From Podarcis cretensis (lineage: Eukaryota): DNA of 64,000 nt. Below are positions 1 through 13,195 of this stretch, in pieces. A program made the position numbers and the translations under genes. Location: NCBI GenBank assembly GCA_951804945.1, contig OX638149.1, forward strand, positions 77,996,001 to 78,060,000. The letters run 5' to 3'. Every line of letters starts with the position of its first letter. The first letter of the stretch is position 1. Under the pieces are notes generated by a model. That model was not told where the DNA came from, made no database searches, and saw only the letters and a list, made by a program, of their open reading frames with translations.

Positions 1-27
1 TGTGTATGGTGCTGTCACACCATAAAC

Positions 28-164
28 CAGGGATGAGGAAGCTTTGGCCTCCATACATTGCTGGACTCAAGCTCCCATCAGTCATAGCCAGCATGGCCAA
101 GGGTCAGGAATGATGGGAACTGTAGTTCAACAACATCTGGAGGGCCACAGGCTGCCCATCCCTG
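28..164. mobile_element. Palindromic hAT-type MITE (degenerate copy)
   Basis: CAGGG...CCCTG termini, same family as 63396-63531. Confidence 0.75.
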
Positions 165-432
165 CCATATCTTGATCTCAAGCAACTGTCATTTAGCAAG
201 GCTGGGGCTCAGGAGAAGAGGCCATGGATGCAGAGGGAATCTCTTGACCAAAAGGAAGATTGACCTCAGAACCAGCTTTAGACATTCCTGCCTCCTTGGG
301 TGTTCTAGCATCAAAAGAGCACATGATGCCTGCACCTCTCCACCTTGAAGAAGTTGCCTTGTCTTCCTCGAACTCTGGTCTCCAGCTTAGAGGCAAGAAC
401 TGAACCTTGGTCTCCCCCAAGCTTCCAAAGTG

Positions 433-1398
433 AATAATAATAATAATAATAATTTATTATTTATACCCCGCCCATCTGGCTGGGCCTCCCCAGCCACTCT
501 GGGCGGCTTCCATAGAAAGCAAAAATACAATAAAATATCACACGTTAAAAACTTCCCTGAACTGCCTTAAGATGTCTTAAGAATGTCAGGTAGTTGTTTA
601 TCGCTTTGACATCTGCTGGAAGGGCATTCCACAGGGCGGGCGCCACTACCAAGAAGGCCCTCTGCCTGGTTCCCTGTAGCTTTACTTCTCGCAATGAGGG
701 AACCGTCAGAAGGCCCTCGGTGCTAGACCTCAGCGTCCGGGCAGAATGATGGGGGTGGAGACGCTCCTTCAGGTATACTGGACTGAGGCCGTTTAGGGCT
801 TTAAAGGTCAGCACCAACACTTTGAATTGTGCTCGGAAACGTACTGGGAGCCAATGTAGGTCTTTCAAGACCGGTGTTATATGGTCTCGGCGGCTGCCCC
901 CAGTCACCAGTCTAGCTGCCGTATTCTGGATTAGTTGTAGTTTCCGAGTCACCTTCAAAGGTAGCCCCACGTAGAGTGCATTGCAGTAGTCCAAGCGGGA
1001 GATAACCAGAGCATGCACCACTCTGGCGAGACAGTCCGCAGGCAGATAGGGTTTCAGCCTACGTACCAGATGGAGCTGGTAAACAGCTGCCCTGGACACT
1101 GATTTGACCTGTGCCTCCATGGACAGCTGTGAGTCCAAAATGACTCCCAGGCTGCGCACCTGGTCCTTCAGGGGCACCGTTACCCCATTCAGGACCAGGG
1201 AATCCTCCACACCTGCCCACCTCCTGTCCCCCCAAAACAGCACTTCTGTCTTGTCAGGATTCAACCTCAATCTGTTAGCCGTCATCCATCCTCCAACCGC
1301 CTCCAGACACTCACACAGGACCTTCACCGCCTTCACTGGTTCTGATTTAAAAGAGAGGTAGAGCTGGGTATCATCCGCATACTGATGAACACCCAGCC
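433..1398 (-). mobile_element. L2-clade LINE, 5'-truncated, young
   Basis: ORF 545..1336 is the RT C-terminus (RLRLNPDKTE, LDYCNALY, LHWLP), preceded by YADD; (TTA)n tail. Confidence 0.93.
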
Positions 1399-1708
1399 CA
1401 CCTAGTGGCTGGGCCTCTTTTAACTGTAAGGGATCTATGCATCAGGGAAGAAGTTAGCTTCCCAAACAAAGCAACAATCCTACTTAAGGCTCAGTCCAGG
1501 ATAGTTGGGTGCTGGAACAACAGTCCAGCCTAGATTTCACTTGGAGCTAACTAGGGTTTTACTACTATGTTTATTTGCTCATCTGCCTTTTTGGACCCCA
1601 ACCACTGCTTTACTTGACTCTGTTTATCTGGACCTACTCTCTACTTTGCTGGAATGACCTCAGTGGAACCTGATCTGTGTTTTACTTTGCCTGACCCCGA
1701 TCATCAGA

Positions 1709-1740
1709 ATACTTACCTGGCAGGGGAGACACCTTGATCA
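1709..1740 (+). pseudogene. RNU1: 3'-truncated U1 snRNA retrocopy (first 32 nt)
   Basis: ATACTTACCTGGCAGGGGAGACACCTTGATCA matches the U1 5' end; flanked by the 12-bp direct repeat GATCATCAGAAT (1699-1710, 1736-1747). Confidence 0.9.
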
Positions 1741-2042
1741 TCAGAATCTGACCTTGCCTGGCTGAAACCCAATCTCTGCTTGATCTGGCTTTGCTTCTGG
1801 ATCCCAGACAGGGACGAGCAGTATGTGACCTTGAATTTTCTGTGTAGCACATGTATCCACTGGGCTAGATCCTGTCCCCTTGACTGGGACAAAACAGTAA
1901 CTTCCCTTTCCCTAAACCAAACTTCCCATATTCACAAAGCATCAAGCATTTTGTTTTGGGCAACCACAGTTTTTATAACAATTAATATAAAATGAAGCTT
2001 TTAAGTTTCCTGTAATCATCATTTGTAGGTCAATCCTTGTAC

Positions 2043-2171
2043 CTTCCAAGCCTTGTAACTCATGGAGGCATTTTCCACTTGGGTTTCTGCAAGTCTTCAT
2101 ACAAGGAGAGCCACAAGGCTGGTAATGCCACTCACACTCCTCTTTTGGATTATAGTAATCACAGAACAGAG
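2043..2171 (-). CDS. MUC5AC: Mucin exon 27, TIL3 ([20 protein letters not shown]...GLE)
   Basis: 129 nt, ORF 1942..2214, donor AAG|GTACAA. Confidence 0.95.
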
Positions 2172-5100
2172 CTGCAAAAGGAGGAAAGGGGTTTTTTTTA
2201 AATGTTACTTTCAAGCAAAATGCATTAATTTCATAGAACTCAATACCTATCCTTGCACTGTATGCCAGTCATTTCTCATTTCTATGTTCAATGGTAAGAA
2301 ATATTAGTTGCTTGTTTTTCCAGTGTCATTATGCACTTCACCAGTCAGGAGCACCATCAAATGAATTTTGTGAGCAGGGATGTCAGGAACAGACCCAGTT
2401 ACCCTCCTGCTACTTCTTCTCCCCAGCTGGCAGGAGGTAGGATCAGAGATGTTGGACTGGATGGATCACAGGTAGGATTGGGTGGTGAATGCTGGGCCTG
2501 GTGAATGGCTACACTTCCTCTGCCAAAATATAAAAGATCTGTGGTCTTCTAAATGTGTTACTGGGTTTTTTTTGTTATTATATATTCTGCATTTTTGTAC
2601 TGTAAACCACCCTGTGATCTTAGGATGAAGGGCAGTATATAAATTTAATGAATAACAAGGCAGGCAACTAGTAGCAGCAGCAGTACTTGTTCCAGGGAAA
2701 GTCTTCCTATTTTCCTTGAACTCGTGGTCACAGGCAGCTATGGACTGACAGCACGGGAGACAGTAAGGAGGGGATTGGACAGTAAGGAGGGGATATGCTG
2801 AGATTTAGCACATTCTGAAGACATTTAGCTCTTGCAAAGTTAGGATAAATTCAAATGTTCATGATATGAATGTGACAAGCAGGAATCATGTTGTGATAGC
2901 GTCACTGCATTCAAAATGAATGCAGAAATTGGATTACAAAAATATGCAAATGTTCAGCAATGCTCCAACCTACTTCATGCCATCCTACCACAACATTAAC
3001 CTAATTCTAGTTCTCACTAATCTATCTTTTTGTTATTACTTTAAAAGGAATGGGCAGTACTCACGGCAGATGTTTGGAGTTCTCCAAGAAATGCAACTGC
3101 CAGCTTCGTTGCACGCCTGAGCATAGGCGGCTACAGCAGTACAGAAGCATTCACAGTCTCCCCCAGTGTCACAAGCACAGGCATCAGAGATGCAGGCTTC
3201 ATAGTATTTAGTTGGTTCAACCTGTTAGAGAAGGAATACACATGGTTTGATTTGTGGTTCAGTCTTAGCAGGTCAGAGAGGGAGGGTGCATTTTCTGTTG
3301 TTTTTTTCAATTACAGTTCTCGTTTCTCCAACAAAGTCAGCATGGAAAATTTGTGACATCAGTAGTCATTGTTTTTATTTTCAAGTTGTACATTTTGTTA
3401 TAGCAACAGAATTGCATGCAGAGGCAATTTGTTGTTAATAATAAACATGAATGCTTCCGAAATGTCAAGTGGATGTGAAAAGGTTATGTATCATCTACCA
3501 TTAGTAATTGTCAAGGAAGTAATTTGTCATTGAAGCAAAGGGTATTTTTATGCATCCACTGAGGAAAAACAAAAATTGGTTGGCAACCCCCTAAATATTA
3601 ATTATTTATTAAATGTGTTAATATCAGGCATTTACTGTGCTGGGGAGCCTAACCAATCTGGGGCTCACATTTAACTTTTTCTTATCTAAATTATTAGCTG
3701 ACAGAATGACAACACATTTTTATGTTGCTCTTATGCAGTGGTTGGTACAGCCTGTCCCAAGTGCAGGCACATCAAGTCTTAAGCTTGGAGCTGTTCAAGT
3801 GTCCTATACATTCTTTTAAAAATGCATTTGCCCATACCTGAGAGTGGCAGGAAGCAAACACTTTGCTGTTAATGATGCTACATTGCTTCTGGGCCCAAGA
3901 ACTCCTATATGGGTTTGTAGAACAAGGATCTCTGCTGCCCGGGGCATCTGGGCAAGTAGGAGACACCTTCCAGCTGTTACCAAACTCCAGTACATCTCCT
4001 ACAACAGACTGGCTCCTGGTGGTGAAGTCGTTTATGTCATTGCCATCATAGTTTCCACAGAGGCCACAAACTTGACCCTGCAGAGAGACAAGTACAAGTT
4101 AATGAGGAGTGGAAAATTTATTTTCCTGGGATTAGAGACCCTGCAATTTCAAAATGGAATAATACTTTGGTTATTTATAGTGACTGTCATACTTTGTGGG
4201 CTCTCCCACTCACGAGGACTTTTTAGTTAATTTTTGCAGAGGAAGCTGATCAGCATATACATGCATGGATAGATTGACTGTCCCCATTACATGAACTGAT
4301 AATTTCATGTGCTCAGAGACCCTATGTACACATCAAACACATGCAGTACACTGAATTAGCACATCTATTTAAGCATAGCCTCATAACATATAAAGTATAT
4401 CAAAAGTTATATTTTAGGCTTCTACCAGAACAACTGCTCTAACAGTTGCTTTTAGAGCAGAAAAAATGGCATAGCCTGATTCCCCACCCACTCTCAATAT
4501 TTATTATTATAATTATTATTTAAAAAATAATTTCATTCAAAAAGATTCTTTAAAAAATACTGCTTACCATAATTACAAATAAAAAAGCAGAAACTTGAGT
4601 GATTTGTTTTTGCATTATTAGGGAGTCTTTGAGAGCAGAGGTGGTAATCTCCTTGGGTTTGATTCATTCACCCTTGGGTCAGCCCTCCTAAGGCTGCATC
4701 GCAGTGATGGATGGGACCAAAAGTAGATGCAGCCCCTGCACATTCTCTCTCTCATACACAGGCACACAAGGGAATTATTACCACTCACTTTCCTGTGTAT
4801 CAAATGATCAATTTGATGACCAGAGGAAGGGCAGTTTCCATCACTATCAGGATGTTGTGCTCATCCAATTTGGGATGGCCAGCATTTACATATGAATGTG
4901 AATGTCAACACTAACCATATTTTGGATATTGACAATCACAGCATATATTTTGCTGCATTATTATGAAAAAACAAACAAACCTTTATATACTATCACAGTG
5001 TTAACCAACATAGTGCCCTTAAGATGTTGTTGAACTACAACTCCCATCAACCCCAGGCAGCATGGGCAATGGTCAGGGATGATGTCAGGCATCATTTTGT

Positions 5101-8100
5101 CTATCATTGTCCTGTAACTGGTCCTGTGCACATTGATCATGCAAGAAAAAATAGTTCTGCGATAGAAATGATAGCTAGAATGTAAAGAGAGCCATGCTGG
5201 ATCTGGTTGATACAGTCTAGCATTCTTTTCTCACAAGGGCCATCCAGATGCCCATGGGAAGCCCACCATGAGATCACATAAAGAATAATCAATAGCAATT
5301 TCTGGAGTCATACTTCATCATAATATGAAGTTAGTACATTGTCTTGTACTTTGTTTTTAATGTGACCAGTTTCTCATTACTATCAATAGTTCTTCATACA
5401 TACAGACAAAGAACCAATGTTAAACTGACTATGAAGAGGTCAAGTAAGGGGATTCATCTGATAAATCGACTGACTGGAATATTTAAATGCTAACATTAGC
5501 TCTTAATGTTTGTCCTTTTCAGAATTTCCTGGAAGAATGTTGTAGCACTTCTCTTTCATTACACACACACCCCTATATAATCTGATCTGGCATCCTCAGC
5601 ATACCTTAAATTCATCATTGAGTTTGATGAAGATACTGGTTTTCTTGTCCCACAACAGGACCAGTCCAGCTGTGGTGTCAATCACCATGTAGATTCCCAT
5701 GTAGCGGACCTTGAATGGCACTTCACCTCCACCAGAAAGCCTCTGTACCACTGTAAATTTTTCATCAGCGAGTATCAGCTCATAGTTCTGAAAGATGAAA
5801 AGCAACAATAAATTGTAATTCAGCAACTTCTCTTTCAAGTAATTACAACTTATTACTAAACTGAAAACTATGGAGAGACCTGGTCTGAATAGAGATATTG
5901 GATTCTTGTCTCATTACACATGCTAAAGCTATTTTTTGTCATCTGCATACTATCCTTTGCTTTTTCCTGTAGGACTAATTCCAGTCGTTAACAGTGTCAA
6001 CAGGTTTACCATACCCATCGAGTCAATCACCCATCTCCTACTACCCTTCTAAAAAACCCCACCCCACCTTCCCACTATATATAAGGGTCTTCTGTTTCAG
6101 TGTATCTGAAGAAGTGTGCATGCACACAAAAGCATATACCCAGAACAAACTTAGTTGGACTCTAAGGTGCTACTGGACAATTTTTTATTTTTTTTAATTT
6201 CGACTACATCAGACCAACACAGCTACCTACCTTTACAACTTAGTTACTTTGCAGTCCATGATTTCCCCATTTGTAGATTTAATATAACCCAGTTATGTCC
6301 AGGTGCACAAGTCATATTTTGCGTTCATCTTGCGTGAACCTACTTACCCCCATGAAGACTTTAATGGCTTTTGAGCAGGTTGTCCCGGTGGTGCCACAGG
6401 GGATGTTCTCCGTGATCACTCTGAAGTTCCCTGCATTTGAATTGTTTTTACTGCAATGATCCTGTGGAGAAGAGGGTTATATGGTGTTCATGAACACAGC
6501 TTGCCATATCAAGACTAAAGACTAAAGACTCTGCATTTCAAAAAAGCAAGTGCTTGGGGAGAAAAGTATTATACCTGGACCAGTGTGTATTCACAGTCTC
6601 CACTGAAGCTATAGCGTTTGCCATCAAAAGTGATGTAATGACCATCTCCATAAACAGAGCATGTTGCCAGGCAGGGTTCAGTGGAGCACTCCCACTTTCT
6701 GTTCTTACATGTACTGCACAGACAGAAATATGGTTAAATTTCACAGTGGCAGGGTTTGTTTGACCCCCCCCCCCATTTAGATGGAAGGGTTCAATACTTT
6801 TAGTTCAGCTTATAACAGGCGATACGTACCAAGTATTACATTTCACCTTGATGCTGTCCCCTGGCTTGTATGTGGCTTCATTGTGAACGCATGGACACTC
6901 TTCAGCAGCTACACACCCACCTTGGCCATCGGACACCAACTCCTTGGGACACATGCAGCCAGAGACGCACTGTGTGCTGTACTGTAACAGAAGATAAGGC
7001 AGCAAAAGATGTTACTTGACAAATCAATAGGTGAGAAACAAAAGTGTCTAAGATACTAGACAGAGTGAAATCAGTATCTGTCTCCAGTGGTGCGTTACCA
7101 ATGAAGAGTCAATTAATTAGCAAGCTATGCAAAACTGCTTCAAGTTTACTTTTTCAGAGGAGTTTAGGTGTGGAGAACTTTTCTTGAACTCTTTGAGAGA
7201 ATGTTATTATAAATCACTAGATTGTGACTTAGTATATTGACACCTTTGATTTTTTAAAAAATGTTGGGTGTCCCTTGATTTAAAAATAATGTTGGGTGTA
7301 AGAGTGATTCACAAGTCATAACATGGTGGTTAAACTGGTTTACCATGCCCTGTGCCTCCCTGTCTCTACCACTGAAGTACCTTCTGATGGGTTCTGTAGG
7401 CTAGCTTTCGTCATTGCCTCTGATCACCCATCAGCATGACTCCTATTTTGTAACAGGAGACCATGATGAATGCTGAGCGGTGCTGACAGTTTCATAAATT
7501 CAGGAAAGAAGTGATAACTGCAATCATCATGGGAACAATGTAATACATAAGTTGAACAGGTAATTTAGATAAGAAATGGTTACAATGTAGTCACACTTAC
7601 GCATTCCATGTCAAGGGTCTGACAGCTCTTCTGACACTCGGCTCCAGTGGCTCCTACTGTGGCATTAGTGCAGTCAAAGTAGACCATGGGAGCAAAACAT
7701 TCTGATAGAAAGGAGAGCTAGATGAAATCTCAGTTTGAAATTAGACATTAATCACCAAAACAGTGAGTGTATGTCATGAAAACTAGTTCAGGGCACACCA
7801 TTATCAACACCTCACTTAAAAACACACATAAAAGTCTTTGTACAATGACAACATTATACTTTCACTGCCAATTTTAAGACAGAGGATGGTGGCTATCTTG
7901 GCTATGGTGCTTAGCAGATAATAGAAACTTGCATCACTCAAGGTTGTAAAACAACTCCACATCTGTACATTGGAGGGAGCCTATTGGATATTTTCAACCA
8001 ATTTGCGGAGGACTCAAAGTCCAATTGAATATTTCAGTTTTACAAGGTCTCTGGAACTACTATTATCTTTTTCTGTGATTTGGCTTACCTGGTTGTGGTT

Positions 8101-11100
8101 TCACTTCTCCAATGCACTGAAGCTTTCCCTGTGTGCAAGTGCTGCAAGAGATGAAGAATGTTTCTTACTTAAAAATTGAACCAGTTTTATGAATAACAGT
8201 TGTTCTTGCCTGGCTAAAGGACAGCAACAACAAATCCTTCATGGTGTGGAATGCTGAATTGTCACCTTGTGACCAAAAGGAAAATGTTTCCCTTAAAATA
8301 GCCTGTTAAAATGCTTTAAGAATTCCTCCTTGGTGGATCTGGACTGGGGTGAGGCATTTTTATCAGGAGTGGACAGATCTCAGAGATCCACAGGGCACCT
8401 GTGGTGCTGTTGCCAGTCTCAAGTTCTCTCCTCACCATCCACCAGCCATTACGAGAAAGCCCGTTTTTAACAGATGCGATAGTTTAATGGTGGGATAGAC
8501 AAAGGGAAGCACAAAGCATAGTTAAACTATGGAATTAATTACCAGATAACATAGTGATGGTTCACAACTTGGAAGGCATTACAAGAGGATTAGACAAATT
8601 CATGGAGGACAAGGCCACCCACAGCTACTAGTCATGATGTCTTTATATTGTCTCCAGTATTGCCTCTGAATAATGTTGCTAATGAGCATGAGCTGGGTTG
8701 CTATTGCATTCATAAGTTGCTTGTGAGCTTTGCACAGGCTTTTGGTTGGCCATTATGAGAATAAGATGTTGGACTAGGCTGGCCTTTGGTCTGATCCAGC
8801 TGGGCTCCTATATTTTTCTCACATAAATAAGAAACTTTGGGGCATTTAGAAATGTGTCACAAAGGCACCTAATATCTAAGCACCAGACATTACAAAATTA
8901 AATTGACTGAATCTTCCAAAAAACAAAATTAAAAAAAAATCATAATTAAGGGCAGCTTAGAAGCATGGTTCTATGAAAGGAAATTTTGGCTATTCCCATC
9001 ACCTCATAACAATGCTTATTTCAAACCATCACTTACCATACGACACCATTTTCATGGATAACTTCTCCAGACAGTAGAGGAGTCCCTTTGTAGTAGCAGG
9101 GGCAGCTGGTAGCAGGTACACATTTGCCGCTCTCATCCATATACATCCCTTCTTCGCAGGTGCATCCATCCACAGAGGTAAACTTAATGTTGCAAGTGAC
9201 ATCAGGCTCACTCAGAGATCGGCAGGTGGGTTGGCAGGAAGTAATGTTGTAACGGTAAACCAGGGTTTTGGGACACATTTGGTATTTGGCTTGAGAGAGG
9301 GAAAAGAAAAGAAGTTGTTCCAGAAGTTATCTAAGGGCTACTGTGGCTATAAATTACTAGACGTCGCAGGGTACAATGTATACTCAAAAACATTGGCTGT
9401 GTGTGTTTAGATGCATATCTGTATATCTAGATGCTGGGCTCTAGTCCCAGAGGCTAGAGAAGCTTAGGATGTCTGCCTCACCATCCAGGTGTGATGGGAT
9501 GTTCTGGGTACAGTGACGTATGCTGCTTTGTGCATAAAGACTGTATGAACGATTGCTTGGGTGCCTTGAATTAAATTTAACTTGCAGAAGGGAAGTTACT
9601 ATCTTGTATAGGTTTATGAAAAGGAGCTTGTTCAAAACGTGACTGATCCATGTAATTTATTGGCCTTTGAATCAAGCTATGTGATTCCAGATTCATCTTT
9701 AAATCACAGCTTTGAAAACTACTCATTTGATAGTTTGTGTGTTTTTCTATCTTTTCCAAAAAATATGTCTTTTACTCCTAATTTCTAATCCAGTGCTGTC
9801 AAGAATTCTTTGGTGTAACTAGAGAGAGAAACTATTCACATAAGACTGTAAGGTTTTTTGGTTGTGATTTGCCTCCCCATGGCAAGCAATAACTTTATTT
9901 CCTTCTGAACTTTCAGCAGCTCCCGTAAGCCTCATCTGTATCTGCTCACCAGATTAAGACTTTCGGGAAACTACTGGCACCACTTTGGGGTTGTCACACA
10001 AACAAAGCATAGATGCTTCAAATTCCTTCAAAATCTTGTCCAGGATAATTTCGAAACTACAGCTGCTACTAACTGGCAAAGATCGGGTCCACATAAAAAC
10101 CACCTGCTTGAAATGAGTTGTTTTGATTCATCAGTATTTCAAGCTGTGGAGGGGATCAAAATTATCTTGAGAGGGAGCAAATTGAACCAGGTGGCCTTGT
10201 TCTGATGTGCAATTGGGGAAATTCAAAATGGTAGCCAACAAAAAAAAAAAACTGCCTTCTTTGCCACTTACTAGCAGGCAGCAGTTGAATTTCTATAGAA
10301 AAAACCACACATCTACAGATGAGCAGATGTTTCTCTCTAGCAGCTCATTTTATTTGAGAGATGCAGTGGCTGAAGCAGATGCATCAAAAATAAAGTCACA
10401 AAAATGAAGTGGTGTTCTAAACAACTGCAGTATATTTTTAAACCCAAAATGCCAAGACTACTTTTTAAAAACATTTGGGTTTCTTTCTTCTTTTTTAAAA
10501 AGAATCAGTTATAATATGCATTGTTACATTATGTATTATGCACCCTGCACCCTCCCCAAACCTGTTCTTGAGGGTTGGGGGAACTCCAAGAACACATTTA
10601 GGGGGTGTCCAGGCAGGGCGGGGAGAGAAAAGAGAAGAACTTTCCATCTTGTGCTGACAGAGATTCACTTAGCACCATGTTGGATACTTAAAAGGAAGCT
10701 CCATTAATTTCATTGAGACTTACTACTAAGAAAACTTGCAAAATAATTCAGCAACACTGAAAAAAATCCAAAAATGTTGAGGTGAATGATGGTTTGGAGT
10801 TCTATTTGAAACACTTTGACAATCTCCTTTGGTCACTTGCTTTTTGGTTTACAAAATCCTCATAACTTACTACAGATGCTGGTTCTCCATCCGCTCAGCA
10901 GCACTCCCTTTGCAGCACAGGCTCTGACATAGGAGGAAAGGGCAGCACACAAACAGTCCTCACTCCTTTCACAATTGCAGGTATCAAACATACAGGTCTA
11001 GGGAGACAGAGAATAGCCATTAATATTAACTCCCCCCCCCCTTTCAGGGACATTTGCTCTTAAACCTTCACATGAAGAACTCATCTATGAATTTAATCTA

Positions 11101-13156
11101 AAAATATGTCTTTATATTTCACACTGCTTGCTTTAAACTACTGAGGGACCTGGGAGTTTCCTGAGAACCAGCTGCTTAAATGTTAACCTCTGTCTCAGAA
11201 GTTGGCAAACTACATGGCCAACCACACAGAGTGGAATGAGGAGATGTTTATATTTAGTAGTGAAGCGAGAAATGAATATGTAGGATAACATGATATGGGG
11301 ATTGATAATATACATTAATGACAGAAAGTTTGGCAGAGAGTATACTGAAGCCCTGACCTTGTTTATCCACTCTAACAGGATTAATTCCCACCCCCAGGAA
11401 TTATGTTCAGATTCTCATTGGCACTTCAAAGAAACAGAATGTACAAAGTACCGTGTGGAAAACATTAGGATCTACTGCAGAGTGGCACTTCTGAAAGGGT
11501 CCATTGCTGTCCGTCAGCAGGCCGCACCAGTGCGAAGCATATTTTTCTGTACAAGACAAAAAGCAATGTGGTTTTATACATATTACTGCAGAGATGGGCA
11601 ATGTGTTTCAGCCCAAGGAACACATTCCCTTCTGTGCAGCCTCTCAGGGACCTTACGCCAGTGGTGGGCAGGGCAGAGCTACAAACTTCACCTTTGTACA
11701 ATAGTCTAGTTCCTTCAGACTCATGCATCCCTCTATTTTTTAAAAAATAATATTTATTAGCTGTTTAAAAATTACAAAAAAGAAAGAGAAAGAATTAAAC
11801 AAAACACTACAGTACAATACAAAAACAAAAACACTACATAAAACATTGAATTAACAAAACAAAACAAAAACAATTAAAAACGCATCCAGTAATTTCCATA
11901 TCTTGTCTTTCATTCGCTTGTTTCATCGACTTCCTCACACCTCCCTTTTTGTATTCCACTTCAATTGAACTATTTCAGCAAATCCTTTCCATCTTCCTCT
12001 GTTTTCTGTCCTGTAATTCTTAACATATTCTAACCTTTCCCCCCTTTTTCCCGTTTAATACATTAACAATCTATCTGTACCTAATTCCTTATAACATTTC
12101 TGCTAAAGCCGAATAACTTCATTCCAACCTTTTTCTAACATTCATTAATTTTACAATATTTCTGTAAATAGTCTTTAATTTTTTCCCAATCTTCTTCCAC
12201 CGACTCTTCTCCCTGGTCTCGGATTCTGCCGGTCATTTCTGCCAATTCCACACTCATGCATCCCTCTATATCCACCACCCAAGCATGTAAGAATCACTAT
12301 CAGAGTTCGAGAACCTATTCCAGCCAGTCAATGAGAGAAAATACTGTATTAGAACTTGCTCTCATTGTTAACTGTATCTTTCTGCCTTCCTTCCGCATCA
12401 TATAGTTGTGCTTGCTTGCTCAAGTCACCTATAATCTGCTTTAACCCGTCATCTTTTGTCTGTCATGCCATTTTTATCTGCTGTCTTAATACACCATGAT
12501 CTGGATAATGTGGAATAGTCTGCAACGATTGTTCCAGCTGTACAAAGCCTTTTTCTCTTACGGGGAGCCATTGTCATCTGAGAGCCAGTGTGGCATAGAG
12601 CAACAAACTATGACTTAGAGAGTGTGTGTTGGACTCACCCACCCAGCTTTTAAGATCCCTAGGTGTCCAAAAACCAGTTACATTCTCTCAGACAAGCTTA
12701 CCTCACAGGGTTGTTGTGAGGATAAAATGGGAGGGAGAAGAATTAGGATGCTGCATGAAGGAAGGGTGGAATATAAAAGCTAAAAAAGTCAACATGACCT
12801 TTATGTCCTTACCAGCCCTATACAAGGGCAATTTCTATTGTACAATAGTTAATAGAGTTAATGTGAGTTTCTGCTTAAAAAATAATTCTAAAGGGTCTTT
12901 CTAATTAGGCTGTTGGTTAAAGAGTGTCCTAGGAGAAAAGCTGCAAAATATCAGTGCACATACCATTTTCTATGCTGAGAGTACATGGGTTCTCGAAAAT
13001 ATTTTTGATGTCAGGACAATTGGCCTGTGCTTTCCACGTGTTGGCAAAACCAGCTGAAGTTCCTTCCACTACTCCACTGGCAGCTTTGAAGTCATCTGCT
13101 TGGACATTGTTGAAGTTTCCACAGAGACCTGGAACAAAACCATGGGGACTTTAAAT

Positions 13157-13195
<39 letters not shown>

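Noticed and set aside
1709-1740. Functional U1 snRNA gene, or donor of a real mucin exon
   Set aside because: Only 32 of about 164 nt, with no Sm site or 3' box. No mucin-like coding sequence precedes it on the minus strand.
187-1829. Possible solo LTR interrupted by the L2 and hosting the U1 fragment
   Set aside because: TGTCA start and composition are suggestive, but there is no clean CA end or TSD. The same applies to ~18821-20040.
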